From a virus (taxonomy: Duplodnaviria; Caudoviricetes), in the IMG/VR virus record IMGVR_UViG_3300006169_000003, positions 1 through 43,528 of that record: a stretch of 43,528 nucleotides of DNA. One strand, 5' to 3'. Below are positions 7,370 through 15,944 of the stretch, piece after piece (position 1 is the first letter of the stretch; the number at the start of each line of letters is the position of its first letter). Under the pieces are notes generated by a model. It did no database searches, had not been told where the DNA came from, and saw only the letters and a program-made list of their open reading frames with translations. Both the position numbers and the translations under genes were made by a program.

Positions 7370-8569
7370 ATGGAAGCAGCGAAGCAGAATGGAGCGCAGC
7401 AGCAGAAGAACCCCCTCGACCGTCCCGCCCGAGACCACCAGGAGCTGAGAGCGCTCCTGACCTCGCCCTCCGTCATCGAGCAAATCAAGATGACGATTCC
7501 CCAGCACATGAAGCCGGAGAGGCTGGCGAAGATCCTCCTCTCCGCGACCCTTAAGACGCCGAAGCTGATGCAGTGCAATCAGCTGTCGCTGCTGAAGGCC
7601 CTGGGGAACCTCTCGGAGCTCGGACTGGAACCCGGAGGCGCGCGTCCCCTCGTCCACCTCATTCCCTTCGAGGTCAGCCAGGGCAAGGGGCCTGACGGCA
7701 ACTGGCTGCCCAAGCGCGCCGACGTCAACATCATCATCGACTACCGAGGGTACCTGGAGCTGTTCCGGCGCAGCGGCTACTGCGAGGACTTCGACCTCGA
7801 CATCGTCTACGAGGGCGAGCCGTTCGAATACGCCAAGGGCTTCGGACCCGGCAACGACCGCCGCCTCATTCACAAACCCGATTGGAAGCGCGACCGCAGC
7901 ACCCTGGACGGCGCCCTCTGCGTCTACTTCATCGCCTATTTCAAGGGCGGCGCCGGCAGGCATTGCGAGGTCATGAGCATTCCCGATGTGCTGCGGATTC
8001 GAGACCGCAGCGAGGGCTGGAAGTCGGCCGTCTCCTACAAAAAGACGGACAAGTCGCCATGGTTCACGGACCCCGTCCGCATGGCGCTCAAGACCGTCAT
8101 CCGCCGCGCCGCCAATTTCATCCCGCTTTCAGCAGAGGCGCGCGACGCGATGGAGATGGAGAACAACGAGTTCTCCGACCCCGGCGAAATCATCGACCAG
8201 GCCATTCGCAGGCCCCAGGCGCCGGCGACCGACAACGCGGCAGCGAATTGGGCGGCGGCCTCCGCAGCGCAGCAGCAGCCCGAGGATGCGGAGTTCACCC
8301 AGGAGGAGAAGGTCGACCCAGAGACCGGCGAGGTCACGGGAGGCCCGGCGCCGCAGGAGGGCGCGCCACAATCGCAGGCAGAAGAGAAAGAACCGTCCGA
8401 CCCGGTCGGCAGCCTCCTGTGGCGCATTGCCAGGGCGGCCACCGAGCAGCTGGGAGACCTGGCAAAGCAGGCCGCGCAGCTGCCCAAGGACGAACCTCGC
8501 CGGCTGGAGGTTTCCGCCGCAATCAAGGCGCGGCGCGAGCAGCTGGCCAAGGAAGGAGGCCAGCAGTGA
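7370..8569 (+). CDS. recT: RecT-family single-strand annealing recombinase
   Basis: 'PQHMKPERL...PKLMQC...SL...LGLEP...LIPF...IIDYRGYLEL.RRSG...W......MALKTVIRR'; ATG 7370 after GGAGAG. Confidence 0.9.
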   Translation: MEAAKQNGAQQQKNPLDRPARDHQELRALLTSPSVIEQIKMTIPQHMKPERLAKILLSATLKTPKLMQCNQLSLLKALGNLSELGLEPGGARPLVHLIPFEVSQGKGPDGNWLPKRADVNIIIDYRGYLELFRRSGYCEDFDLDIVYEGEPFEYAKGFGPGNDRRLIHKPDWKRDRSTLDGALCVYFIAYFKGGAGRHCEVMSIPDVLRIRDRSEGWKSAVSYKKTDKSPWFTDPVRMALKTVIRRAANFIPLSAEARDAMEMENNEFSDPGEIIDQAIRRPQAPATDNAAANWAAASAAQQQPEDAEFTQEEKVDPETGEVTGGPAPQEGAPQSQAEEKEPSDPVGSLLWRIARAATEQLGDLAKQAAQLPKDEPRRLEVSAAIKARREQLAKEGGQQ

Positions 8570-8811
8570 AGGCAACCGCCGAGCAGAAAATCCACGCAGC
8601 CATCGAGCTGATGATGACGGTCCTCCGCGCCATGGCGCCGGAGGACGCTGTCACCGCCCTCCTGAACGTCGTCGCGCGGGTTGCCCATGCCCTCCAGGTC
8701 CCGAAGGACATTCTCCTCCGGGAAATGAGCCGAATGGTCGACGAGGCAGAAAAGTGCTGCGCCGGCGATCACTCCCATGACGAAGCGCCTCGGAAGGAGA
8801 TTGTCCAATGA
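8566..8811 (+). CDS. hypothetical protein
   Basis: GTGA and ATGA coupling; GGAGG RBS. Confidence 0.65.
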   Translation: MKATAEQKIHAAIELMMTVLRAMAPEDAVTALLNVVARVAHALQVPKDILLREMSRMVDEAEKCCAGDHSHDEAPRKEIVQ

Positions 8812-10163
8812 GCGTTGAAACGAACTCCCCTGCCCTGCCAGAAGCCCAGCCCATGACAAACGCGCTTGCCAATGTAGAAACGATGCCCTGGTGGATGGCT
8901 GGCTGGTCTCGCAGCATCACCCCTTCCTCTCTGGGGCGCGCCGCCGCCTGCATCCGCAGCGAGGCGATGCCCCATGCCTACGAGGAGTCGCCCTTCGCCC
9001 GGAAAGGAACGGTCGGACACAAGTTCCTGGCCGACTGCCTGGAACATGGGCGGGACCTGGCCCTCGGAATGGTCGAGGACCCGGCGGATATCGAGTGGCT
9101 GGCCATGCTGCCGCTGGAGAGGCTGCCGGCGTTCCATCCGCAGTCCTACGCGCCGGAGGTCGCGCTGGCCTATGACCCCAAGACGCGCACCTGCCGGGAG
9201 CTGGGCCGGAACATCTCGCGGGAGGAGGCGCACCGCCGCAAGAAGCACGATTGGGAAATCGTCGGCATCCTCGACATCTGCGGCCAGACTGCCTTCTCCG
9301 CGGTGGTTCACGACTACAAGCTCGGGTGGGGCTACGTCGAGCCGGCGGAGGTGAACTGGCAGCTGCGAACCTACGGCCTCATGGCGGCCCGCTGGCTCCA
9401 GCTGAACGAATGCGACTACTCGGTCATCCGGGCCAGGGACAACGGCCAGACCTGGAGCGACGTGGCGCATATGGACGAGCTGGACCTGCTGGCGCACGAG
9501 GAGGCGCTGGCGGACCTCCTGGAGCGCCGGGAATCAATCCGCGCCATCACAAGGGCAGGCCAATGGGAAAAGCTGCCGGCGCTGGTCGAGGGCAGGCATT
9601 GCCGGTACTGCCCGGCGAAGTTCGCTTGCCCTGCCAAGGTCGCCGGCGTCGTCCAGGTCGTCAGGGAGCCACAGGAGGTTCTGCCGGCGAACCTGACGCC
9701 GGAGCTGGCTGCGTCGGCCTGGCGCAAAATCCGGGCGGCCCAGAAGACGCTGGAGCGCTTCGAGGCGGTCATCCGCGAGTATGCGCGCACGGAGCCGGTT
9801 CCGCTGGGCGACGGCGAATGGCTGGCAGAGAAGGCCACGCCGAAGGAGACCATCGTTCCCGAGAGGGCGCGGGAGGCGCTGGTGCGGCAGTACGGGCAGC
9901 TGGGCACGGCGGTCTATGGCGAGGCCTCCGAGACGGAGACCTCCATCACCAAGAAGGCCTTCCGCGCCGCGCTGAAGAAGCTGGTCCTCCCTACCCTGCC
10001 GCCCGACCACCAGAAGATCACCTGGCTGGAGCGGGACGCCCTCAAGCTGCTGCGAGAGGCCGGCGCCATCTCGGTCGTTGTCACCAAGTGCGTCACCGAG
10101 CATGTCCCGCCCAAGCTGGACCCGGCGCTGGGCTTGCCCGAGGGCACCGAGGAGGCGGCATGA
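8808..10163 (+). CDS. PD-(D/E)XK exonuclease, Cas4/RecB-like
   Basis: 'PSSL....C', 'GTVGH', 'GILD', 'DYKLG', 'QLRTYG', 'HCRYCPAKFAC'. Confidence 0.85.
   Translation: MSVETNSPALPEAQPMTNALANVETMPWWMAGWSRSITPSSLGRAAACIRSEAMPHAYEESPFARKGTVGHKFLADCLEHGRDLALGMVEDPADIEWLAMLPLERLPAFHPQSYAPEVALAYDPKTRTCRELGRNISREEAHRRKKHDWEIVGILDICGQTAFSAVVHDYKLGWGYVEPAEVNWQLRTYGLMAARWLQLNECDYSVIRARDNGQTWSDVAHMDELDLLAHEEALADLLERRESIRAITRAGQWEKLPALVEGRHCRYCPAKFACPAKVAGVVQVVREPQEVLPANLTPELAASAWRKIRAAQKTLERFEAVIREYARTEPVPLGDGEWLAEKATPKETIVPERAREALVRQYGQLGTAVYGEASETETSITKKAFRAALKKLVLPTLPPDHQKITWLERDALKLLREAGAISVVVTKCVTEHVPPKLDPALGLPEGTEEAA
8864..8878 (-). promoter_or_regulatory. 15-bp motif copy TCTACATTGGCAAGC
   Basis: Inside the 5' end of the nuclease gene; exact match. 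Confidence 0.65.
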
Positions 10164-10399
10164 GCGGCCCGGTCTGCCGCAGCTGCGGCGCGCCCATCCG
10201 CTGGGTCATCTCCGACCGAGGGCGCAGCATTCCCATCGACGACAAGCCAGACCCCAAGGGCCTCCTGGTTCTCCAGCCGCACGAGGACGGCCGCACGCGC
10301 GCGGTGCATTTCGGAACCGTGGTCCCAGGCGACGCGCCTCGGTTCACCTCCCACTTCGCGACCTGTCCGCAGGCCGCGCAATGGAGGCAGCCGCGATGA
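10160..10399 (+). CDS. small phage Zn-finger protein
   Basis: 'CRSCGAPIRW...IPID...SHFATCP' is a common phage pattern. Confidence 0.75.
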   Translation: MSGPVCRSCGAPIRWVISDRGRSIPIDDKPDPKGLLVLQPHEDGRTRAVHFGTVVPGDAPRFTSHFATCPQAAQWRQPR

Positions 10400-10614
10400 A
10401 GCAGGGCGACAACTTCCTCGTCGAGGTCCAGAACAAGCTGGGCGGGGTTCGCATCATCGTCCCGCCCAATGGCGGCTCCCTGGAGTTCAGCAGCGCGCAG
10501 CAGCTGGCTGATTTTCTCCAGGGCCTCGCAGAGGCCGGCGCCCTCGCCTGGCCTGGGCAATTCGGAGTGCAGATGCACCTGATTCCAGAGAGCGGACCAG
10601 TCGGTCACGCATAG
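10396..10614 (+). CDS. hypothetical protein
   Basis: ATGA coupling; GGAGG RBS. Confidence 0.65.
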   Translation: MKQGDNFLVEVQNKLGGVRIIVPPNGGSLEFSSAQQLADFLQGLAEAGALAWPGQFGVQMHLIPESGPVGHA

Positions 10615-10633
10615 CCGCAAACCAGAAGAACCA

Positions 10634-10673
10634 GATGGCGCCGGTGAGGGATACCCGGCGCCATCGCCGTTTC
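10634..10673 (+). terminator. probable intrinsic terminator
   Basis: 11-bp stem GATGGCGCCGG/CCGGCGCCATC followed by a weak T tract. Confidence 0.55.
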
Positions 10674-10702
10674 CCCTGTCATCTCCAGAGGTACCCCAGG
10701 CT

Positions 10703-10730
10703 TTTACATTAGCCGGCTAATGGGCATAAT
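10703..10730 (+). promoter_or_regulatory. sigma70-like promoter overlapped by a motif copy and a perfect 16-bp palindrome
   Basis: TTTACA(10703-08), 16 nt, CATAAT(10725-30); motif TTTACATTAGCCGGC; palindrome CATTAGCCGGCTAATG at 10707-10722. Confidence 0.7.
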
Positions 10731-10782
10731 ACCCCTTGACAGCGCGACATTCCGCCGCGCCGCCTTGAAGGAGATAGCAGCC

Positions 10783-11850
10783 ATGAAGAAGACGACCGAA
10801 ACCAACCGCGCCGCGATGACCAGCCTGATTGCCCAGCTCGTTGGCCATGGGATGGCACAGAAAGAGATTGCGGCCCTCTGCCAGGTCACGCCCAGCGCGG
10901 TCAGCGCCTGGAAGACCGGCAAAAGCATGGGCACCATTGCCCAGCGCGAGACCCTGACCAAGGCCCTGGCCCGATTCGCGCCGGCCAAGGCGGAGAAGAA
11001 AGAGGTCAGCCAGCCGCGCGCCTCCAAGCTGCGCATCATCGAGGCCTGCGCGGTCGATGGCTGCGACAACCCTGCCCTCTCCGGCGGCCTCTGCGAGACC
11101 CACGGGGAGGAGGCTGCGGCGACCAACACCTCGTTCAAGGATTTCGTCCGCGCCAAGGCCAAGGGAGGCCGCAAGGCAGCAGAGGCGAAGTGGGACGAGC
11201 TGGCGAAGGAGAATGCGCCGGCCCGAGAGGAGACGAAGAACCTCCTGGCCGCGATTCAAGAGGCCGGCGTCCGCCGCAAGGCCATCAGCACCGAGCTGGG
11301 CGTCGTCTCCTCCCGCCTCTGGCGCTGGATTAAAGGCGAGGCGGCGGCCTCTCCCGAGCACCGCGCGCAGCTGATCGCCCTCCTGGGCAAGGCCAAGGCT
11401 TTGGCAGAGGCCAAGGCCTCCGCCAAAGCGGCGAAGCAGGCCGAGCGCGCTGCGAAGAAGGAGGCCAGGGCCTCCAAGGCGCCCAAGGCGAAGCCCGCCG
11501 CCGGCGAGCTTTCCGAGAAGACCCGGAACGGGATGGTCATGGCGAAGCAGCTGACGCTCGCGCTGCGCGGCGCCGGCAAGTCGGACGAGGAGATTGCCAA
11601 GATTGCCGGCGTCTCCTCCACCCTGCCGGTCACTCGCTGGGCGGAGGGCAGCAGCGCCGGCCAGACCTATCAGCGCCGCAACATGGAAAAGCACTGCGAG
11701 AAGCTGGGCCTGGTCGTCTCCGGCAGCATCGGGCTCAAGGCCAAAGCCTCCAAGGCGGCGCGGAACTCCAAGCGCCTCCCCAAGGTCGACCAGCGCCAGC
11801 TGATTCTGGACCTGCAAAAGCAGCTGAACGCCCTGCTCAAGGCGCAGTAG
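10783..11850 (+). CDS. multi-HTH (three Cro/XRE-like) DNA-binding protein with a C3H Zn finger
   Basis: HTH1 'QKEIAALCQVTPSAVSAWKTG', HTH2 'RKAISTELGVVSSRLWRWIKG', HTH3 'DEEIAKIAGVSSTLPVTRWAEG'; finger 'CAVDGC...GGLCETH'; AAGGAG RBS. Confidence 0.75.
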   Translation: MKKTTETNRAAMTSLIAQLVGHGMAQKEIAALCQVTPSAVSAWKTGKSMGTIAQRETLTKALARFAPAKAEKKEVSQPRASKLRIIEACAVDGCDNPALSGGLCETHGEEAAATNTSFKDFVRAKAKGGRKAAEAKWDELAKENAPAREETKNLLAAIQEAGVRRKAISTELGVVSSRLWRWIKGEAAASPEHRAQLIALLGKAKALAEAKASAKAAKQAERAAKKEARASKAPKAKPAAGELSEKTRNGMVMAKQLTLALRGAGKSDEEIAKIAGVSSTLPVTRWAEGSSAGQTYQRRNMEKHCEKLGLVVSGSIGLKAKASKAARNSKRLPKVDQRQLILDLQKQLNALLKAQ

Positions 11851-11852
11851 AC

Positions 11853-11886
11853 AGCTGGCGCCTGGGAGGGGCGCCGCTTTCCTTTT
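11853..11886 (+). terminator. intrinsic terminator
   Basis: GGCGCC(11857-62)/GGCGCC(11870-75) stem followed by GCTTTCCTTTT. Confidence 0.6.
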
Positions 11887-11915
11887 CACAATCGCAATCC
11901 ATTGGAGAACCCACC

Positions 11916-12239
11916 ATGTTCCACCACTACCAGCTTGTCATCCGCAACTCGAAGGGCCAGGAGGTCGGCGTGCTGAACCTCGATGCCTTTGACCTCCGCC
12001 GCGCCGATGTCCGAGGCCGCCTCATTGGGGCAATCGAGGACATCATCGACAACGACTACTCCTACGGGCCGGAGGCAGAGGCCTGCCCCCACGGAACCCC
12101 CAGCGGCATCGGCTGCCGGGCCTGCTTTGAGGCGGAGCACGCACCCGACGAGGCCCAGCCCGAGAGCAGCGCCTGCCGGAAGCAGCCCTATTGCTGCCGC
12201 CAGCTGGGCCACGATGGAGAATGCTCGCCAGGCTTCTAG
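11916..12239 (+). CDS. hypothetical protein with Cys/His clusters
   Basis: GGAG RBS; CPHG...CRAC...C....CC....H. Confidence 0.65.
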   Translation: MFHHYQLVIRNSKGQEVGVLNLDAFDLRRADVRGRLIGAIEDIIDNDYSYGPEAEACPHGTPSGIGCRACFEAEHAPDEAQPESSACRKQPYCCRQLGHDGECSPGF

Positions 12240-12242
12240 CTG

Positions 12243-12257
12243 GCGCGCTAATGTAAA
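12243..12257 (-). promoter_or_regulatory. 15-bp motif copy TTTACATTAGCGCGC
   Basis: Intergenic; exact match. Confidence 0.75.
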
Positions 12258-12318
12258 ATTTTCCGGCTGGGGCGCGAATCCCTGCCGGCCAACCGCAGCA
12301 CCAACAGAGGAGCAAGCC

Positions 12319-12681
12319 ATGAAACTCGACACCTATCTCCGCAGTCTCACCCTGATGACCACCGCCACCATCAACAAGGACTCGCCTTTCAGCCCGGAGG
12401 CCCTGCTGATGCACCTGCACGACGAGTCGGCGCGCTGGTTCGCCAACGCCCAGGTCCTCCGCTACCACGCCCACATGATGGAGGTCGGCAGCGAGGCGCG
12501 CATCCGCTGCGAGGAGAACTACGCCCTCTTTGAGGAGTACGCCCTGCATGCCTCCAGCGAGGTCCAGCGGCTGCTGGCCTCTCTCTCCTCCTCCGAGGTC
12601 CAGGCCCTCCAGGATCGTCTGGCCCAGCGCGACCGCCGGCCCGAGGCCCTGCCGTTCGTCGTCGAAAAGGCGGAGGGCTAA
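12319..12681 (+). CDS. hypothetical helical protein
   Basis: GAGGAG RBS; ATG 12319. Confidence 0.7.
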   Translation: MKLDTYLRSLTLMTTATINKDSPFSPEALLMHLHDESARWFANAQVLRYHAHMMEVGSEARIRCEENYALFEEYALHASSEVQRLLASLSSSEVQALQDRLAQRDRRPEALPFVVEKAEG

Positions 12682-12683
12682 CC

Positions 12684-13097
12684 ATGAAGCTGCGACAGCT
12701 GCTGCCGCCGGAATTGGCCAAGAATGTGCCGGGCCTCTACGAGACCGAGCGCGTCCCTGCCGAGGAGAAAGTCGCCGTCCTCAAGTTCTTTAGCGCCAGC
12801 GGGCGCTGGACGTGGTTCGCCACGGAGGGCGCCGCAATCCTCGGGGACGGCACGGAGGTCCACCTGGGCAGCATCGACCTGCCGACCCATTTCCCGCCCC
12901 AGGTCAGCGCCGGCGATGGCGACGTGGTGGACGTCCGGTTCTTCGGATTCGTGGTCTCCGGCCTCGGACCTGACTGCGACGAATGGGGCTACTTCAGCCT
13001 CCGCGAGCTGATGTCGGTGCGCTTTCCTCCCTTTGGCCTGCCGCTGGAGCGCGACCTCCATTGGAAGCCTGGGCCGGTCCCTGCGGAGGCGCTTTGA
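12684..13097 (+). CDS. DUF2958-like protein
   Basis: 'KFF..SGRWTWF.TE...FFG.V...EWGYFSL.EL...LERDLHW'. Confidence 0.8.
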   Translation: MKLRQLLPPELAKNVPGLYETERVPAEEKVAVLKFFSASGRWTWFATEGAAILGDGTEVHLGSIDLPTHFPPQVSAGDGDVVDVRFFGFVVSGLGPDCDEWGYFSLRELMSVRFPPFGLPLERDLHWKPGPVPAEAL

Positions 13098-13282
13098 AGC
13101 CTGAGACGCGCGCTGCGCTGGAGGCGCTGCTGACCAAGTACCGGCGGCGCGCCGAGAAGAACAAGCGGGCTTTCAAGGTCGAGGTCCACATCCCGATTGG
13201 GGACCTCCTGGCGATCATCGCCGTCGCCAGCACCGGCCTTGACGCTATCGACCGCCTCCAGCTGGAGGAGGCCCGCCGATGA
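13094..13282 (+). CDS. hypothetical protein
   Basis: TTGA and ATGA coupling; GGAGG RBS. Confidence 0.6.
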   Translation: MKPETRAALEALLTKYRRRAEKNKRAFKVEVHIPIGDLLAIIAVASTGLDAIDRLQLEEARR

Positions 13283-13485
13283 AATTCACCCTGGAGGTGA
13301 ACCTGGACAACGCAGCGTTCGAGGAGGCGCCGGGCAACGGGGAGCTGGCGCGGATTCTCGAATGGGTCGCGGACGAGCTGAAGGCCATGCCCAGGCGCAC
13401 GCGAGTGGAGTCCCTGGTCCACGACCTGAACGGCAACACCGTGGGTAGCTGGCGCATTGGCGGCGGCAGGAGGCCGCGCCGATGA
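13279..13485 (+). CDS. small phage protein
   Basis: 'DNAAF...ELARIL...D.NGNTVG.W' is a recurrent phage pattern. Confidence 0.7.
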   Translation: MKFTLEVNLDNAAFEEAPGNGELARILEWVADELKAMPRRTRVESLVHDLNGNTVGSWRIGGGRRPRR

Positions 13486-13940
13486 CCGACGAGGCGACGA
13501 TCATCCAGGAGGGGCGCATCCTCCCGACGCGAACCTGCTTCGACGATGCGCTGGAGTACCTGGCCCGCCGCCTGAACGAGATGAGCCGGCCCGCTTTCGA
13601 CCAGCTGATGGCCGAAGGCGGGCTGGTTCTCGTTCATGGCATCTGCATCATCCCCCTGGACAGCCCGGAGGCCGGCGAGAGGTTCGCGCATGCCTGGGTC
13701 GAGGAGCGCCGCGACGACGGCAGCACCGTCGTCTGGCAGGACGGCTTCCTCGAATGCGCCGGGGAACTGAACGGTCAGCGCATCACCTACGCCATAACCA
13801 GAGAGGAGTTCCAGCGTGAGCTCCAGCCACAGCGGTTCACGCGCTACTCGCCTCGGGAGGCCTGGGAAGAGAACCGCCGCACCGGGCACTTTGGTCCTTG
13901 GCTGCCCGAATACCGATTGCTCTGTGGGAGGAAAAAGTGA
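13482..13940 (+). CDS. hypothetical protein, possible papain/transglutaminase-like fold
   Basis: 'CFDDA...LVHG...AHAWVE...VVWQD'. Confidence 0.6.
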   Translation: MTDEATIIQEGRILPTRTCFDDALEYLARRLNEMSRPAFDQLMAEGGLVLVHGICIIPLDSPEAGERFAHAWVEERRDDGSTVVWQDGFLECAGELNGQRITYAITREEFQRELQPQRFTRYSPREAWEENRRTGHFGPWLPEYRLLCGRKK

Positions 13941-14161
13941 CGGCTGATGAAAAAGAGGCTTGCCGCCTGGAGGAGGCCGCCATCCGCGCCGCCCTCGGGC
14001 GGTCCTTGGCGCAGCTGAAGGACGGGACCGCAGCCCTGGAGGCCTGGGTCAAGACCCCCAAGGGCCTGCCTCCAAGGGACGTGAACCGCGCTGCATTCGA
14101 CGTGCAGCTGGACATCCATGCCCTGCTCCGGGTGCTGAATTGGCGCGAACGGTTCGGGTAG
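13937..14161 (+). CDS. hypothetical protein
   Basis: GTGA coupling; GGGAGG RBS. Confidence 0.6.
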   Translation: MTADEKEACRLEEAAIRAALGRSLAQLKDGTAALEAWVKTPKGLPPRDVNRAAFDVQLDIHALLRVLNWRERFG

Positions 14162-14169
14162 CCAGGCAG

Positions 14170-14331
14170 TTGGAAATTGAGAGGCGGGCCGGAGAATTGG
14201 CCCGCTTTTGTGTCGCGCTGAACGACACCTACCCCTATCCGCCCGACGTTCATCACCGGGCGATGGAGGAGGCGGCCCGGCAGCTGCTGGCGCTGCTGGA
14301 GGCCCCCAAGGCATTGCGCCCCAAGCGATGA
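14170..14331 (+). CDS. small hypothetical protein (start uncertain)
   Basis: Fills the gap; helical-looking sequence. Confidence 0.35.
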   Translation: MEIERRAGELARFCVALNDTYPYPPDVHHRAMEEAARQLLALLEAPKALRPKR

Positions 14332-14339
14332 CAACCGTA

Positions 14340-14354
14340 GCTTGCTACTGTAAA
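14340..14354 (-). promoter_or_regulatory. 15-bp motif near copy TTTACAGTAGCAAGC
   Basis: One mismatch; intergenic, upstream of 14384. Confidence 0.65.
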
Positions 14355-14383
14355 AGGCAGGCTACGGACCCCTTGGAGGCACC

Positions 14384-14773
14384 ATGACCACGAAGACCAA
14401 GACGAAGGAATGCAACGTCCCCGGCTGCGACGCAAAGCAGTACGCGAAGGGCGTCTGCAAGGACCACCACCAGCAGAACTACTTCCTCGGATGCAGCGTC
14501 ACCGGCTGCGAGAAAGAGGTCTTTGCCAAGGGCCGGTGCAAGCCTCACTACATGCGGCGGTACCGCAAGAAGAAGGGAGAGGCGGCGCCCTCCGAGGACG
14601 CGCCCGTGCGCGGCTATGGCCAGGCGCGCTTCGAGGTCTTCACGCGGATTCCCCAGGAATACGCCGACCTGATTCTCAAAGAGGCGGGCCGCCCTGATGG
14701 CATGTACGAAAAGGCCGCCGAAATCCTCGTCGCCTATGCCAAGCGCCGAGAGCGGGCCAGCGTCGCGGCGTAA
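14384..14773 (+). CDS. tandem C3H Zn-finger protein, possibly with a ribbon-helix-helix-like C-terminus
   Basis: Two CxxxGC-x6-KGxCxxH repeats; GGAGG RBS. Confidence 0.7.
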   Translation: MTTKTKTKECNVPGCDAKQYAKGVCKDHHQQNYFLGCSVTGCEKEVFAKGRCKPHYMRRYRKKKGEAAPSEDAPVRGYGQARFEVFTRIPQEYADLILKEAGRPDGMYEKAAEILVAYAKRRERASVAA

Positions 14774-14777
14774 CGTT

Positions 14778-14792
14778 TTTACAATGGCAGGC
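14778..14792 (+). promoter_or_regulatory. 15-bp motif copy TTTACAATGGCAGGC
   Basis: Intergenic; exact match; TTTACA-17 nt-TAAGAG could be a promoter. Confidence 0.75.
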
Positions 14793-14848
14793 AGCTGCGC
14801 TAAGAGGCTCCCTCGGGCCGGCATTTCCCCGGCTGAGAGGGAGTTCAC

Positions 14849-15064
14849 ATGGGAACGGACGTAACCGGGAGGACTCGCATCCTCCCGTTGGCTGAAGCGA
14901 TTGGCGAAGTGGAGTTGGTCATCTCGGAGACGCAGGACGCCTACGGCAGGACGGCGCCGGACTCCGACAAGCGCAAAGCGGTGGCCCGGCGCATGGTCGC
15001 GCTAGATATGGCCCGGCAGGCGCTGGCTGATGTGAAAGCCGCAGAAGACCGGAGGCCTCGATGA
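14849..15064 (+). CDS. hypothetical protein
   Basis: GAGGGAG RBS; coupled to the next gene. Confidence 0.65.
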   Translation: MGTDVTGRTRILPLAEAIGEVELVISETQDAYGRTAPDSDKRKAVARRMVALDMARQALADVKAAEDRRPR

Positions 15065-15579
15065 GCGGCAACGGCCAGGTCAAAGACCAGACGCGCGAGT
15101 TCTATTACGCCTTCTTCCGAGAGGACCCGAACGCAACCATCGACGACGCGGCGCGGGCAGCCTCCTCCGAGAGGGGCGTCATCGTGCGGAAGGATTTAAT
15201 CAGCGCCATACGCCAGGACGTTCGAAAGGCCGTGGGCGCTGCCATCCCGATGCTGGAGAATCCGCCGCCTCTCCGCGCGCCGATAGCCGAGCGCCTCGGA
15301 GGCCCCAAGGTCACCGTCAAGCCTCGCCTCGTCAGCGCGCCGCAGCCCCAGCCGCCTCCGCCGGCGGCCCCAGAACCGCGTACGACGGCCGTTGAGGCGG
15401 AGCCCCCTGTCGTGGCTCCCCCGGAAAAGCCCAGCGTCGAGGGTGCGGTCCGGTCATTTCTTGCCCAGCTGAAGGAGACCGGCATCGAGTTCCAGACATT
15501 TGACCTCTCCATTCGGGAGGGCGAGGCGGAGTTCGTCTTCGAGATTCGCCAGCAGCGCAGCGGGAAGGTGCGCCTGTGA
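15061..15579 (+). CDS. hypothetical two-domain protein with a Pro-rich linker
   Basis: ORF track; coupled at both ends. Confidence 0.7.
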   Translation: MSGNGQVKDQTREFYYAFFREDPNATIDDAARAASSERGVIVRKDLISAIRQDVRKAVGAAIPMLENPPPLRAPIAERLGGPKVTVKPRLVSAPQPQPPPPAAPEPRTTAVEAEPPVVAPPEKPSVEGAVRSFLAQLKETGIEFQTFDLSIREGEAEFVFEIRQQRSGKVRL

Positions 15580-15944
15580 CCAAGCCAATGCTGCCCATCG
15601 TCCTGGGCTCCGGCCCTCTCGCCGACGCCATGCGCCGGCAGATTGAGGCGGACCCCGACGCCTACCGCCCTGAGACCTGGAGCATGTCGCCGGCAGGAAT
15701 CTGCCCGTGCTGCGAGGCCAAGGTCTTCCGCTGCACCACCCGACACACCGGCTGGGAGCCCGGGTTCGCCACGCTGAACCACCGCATCCACCCGGCATTC
15801 AACGCGGAGACGAAGCAGCCGGATCCCGCCGGCACCATCGTCGGCTGCTGCTGCGTCGCCCCGAATTGGGGGCCGAAGCACTCCGACCCCAAGGCCCTGG
15901 AGAAAGAGGCGCGCCGTCTCAAGCGCCGGAGGAAAAAGTCATGA
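15576..15944 (+). CDS. Cys-rich hypothetical protein
   Basis: CPCC...CCC; basic tail; coupled. Confidence 0.65.
   Translation: MTKPMLPIVLGSGPLADAMRRQIEADPDAYRPETWSMSPAGICPCCEAKVFRCTTRHTGWEPGFATLNHRIHPAFNAETKQPDPAGTIVGCCCVAPNWGPKHSDPKALEKEARRLKRRRKKS

Noticed and set aside
8808-10163. Cas4-like gene as evidence of CRISPR-Cas
   Set aside because: No repeat-spacer array or other cas genes; the context is RecT recombination.
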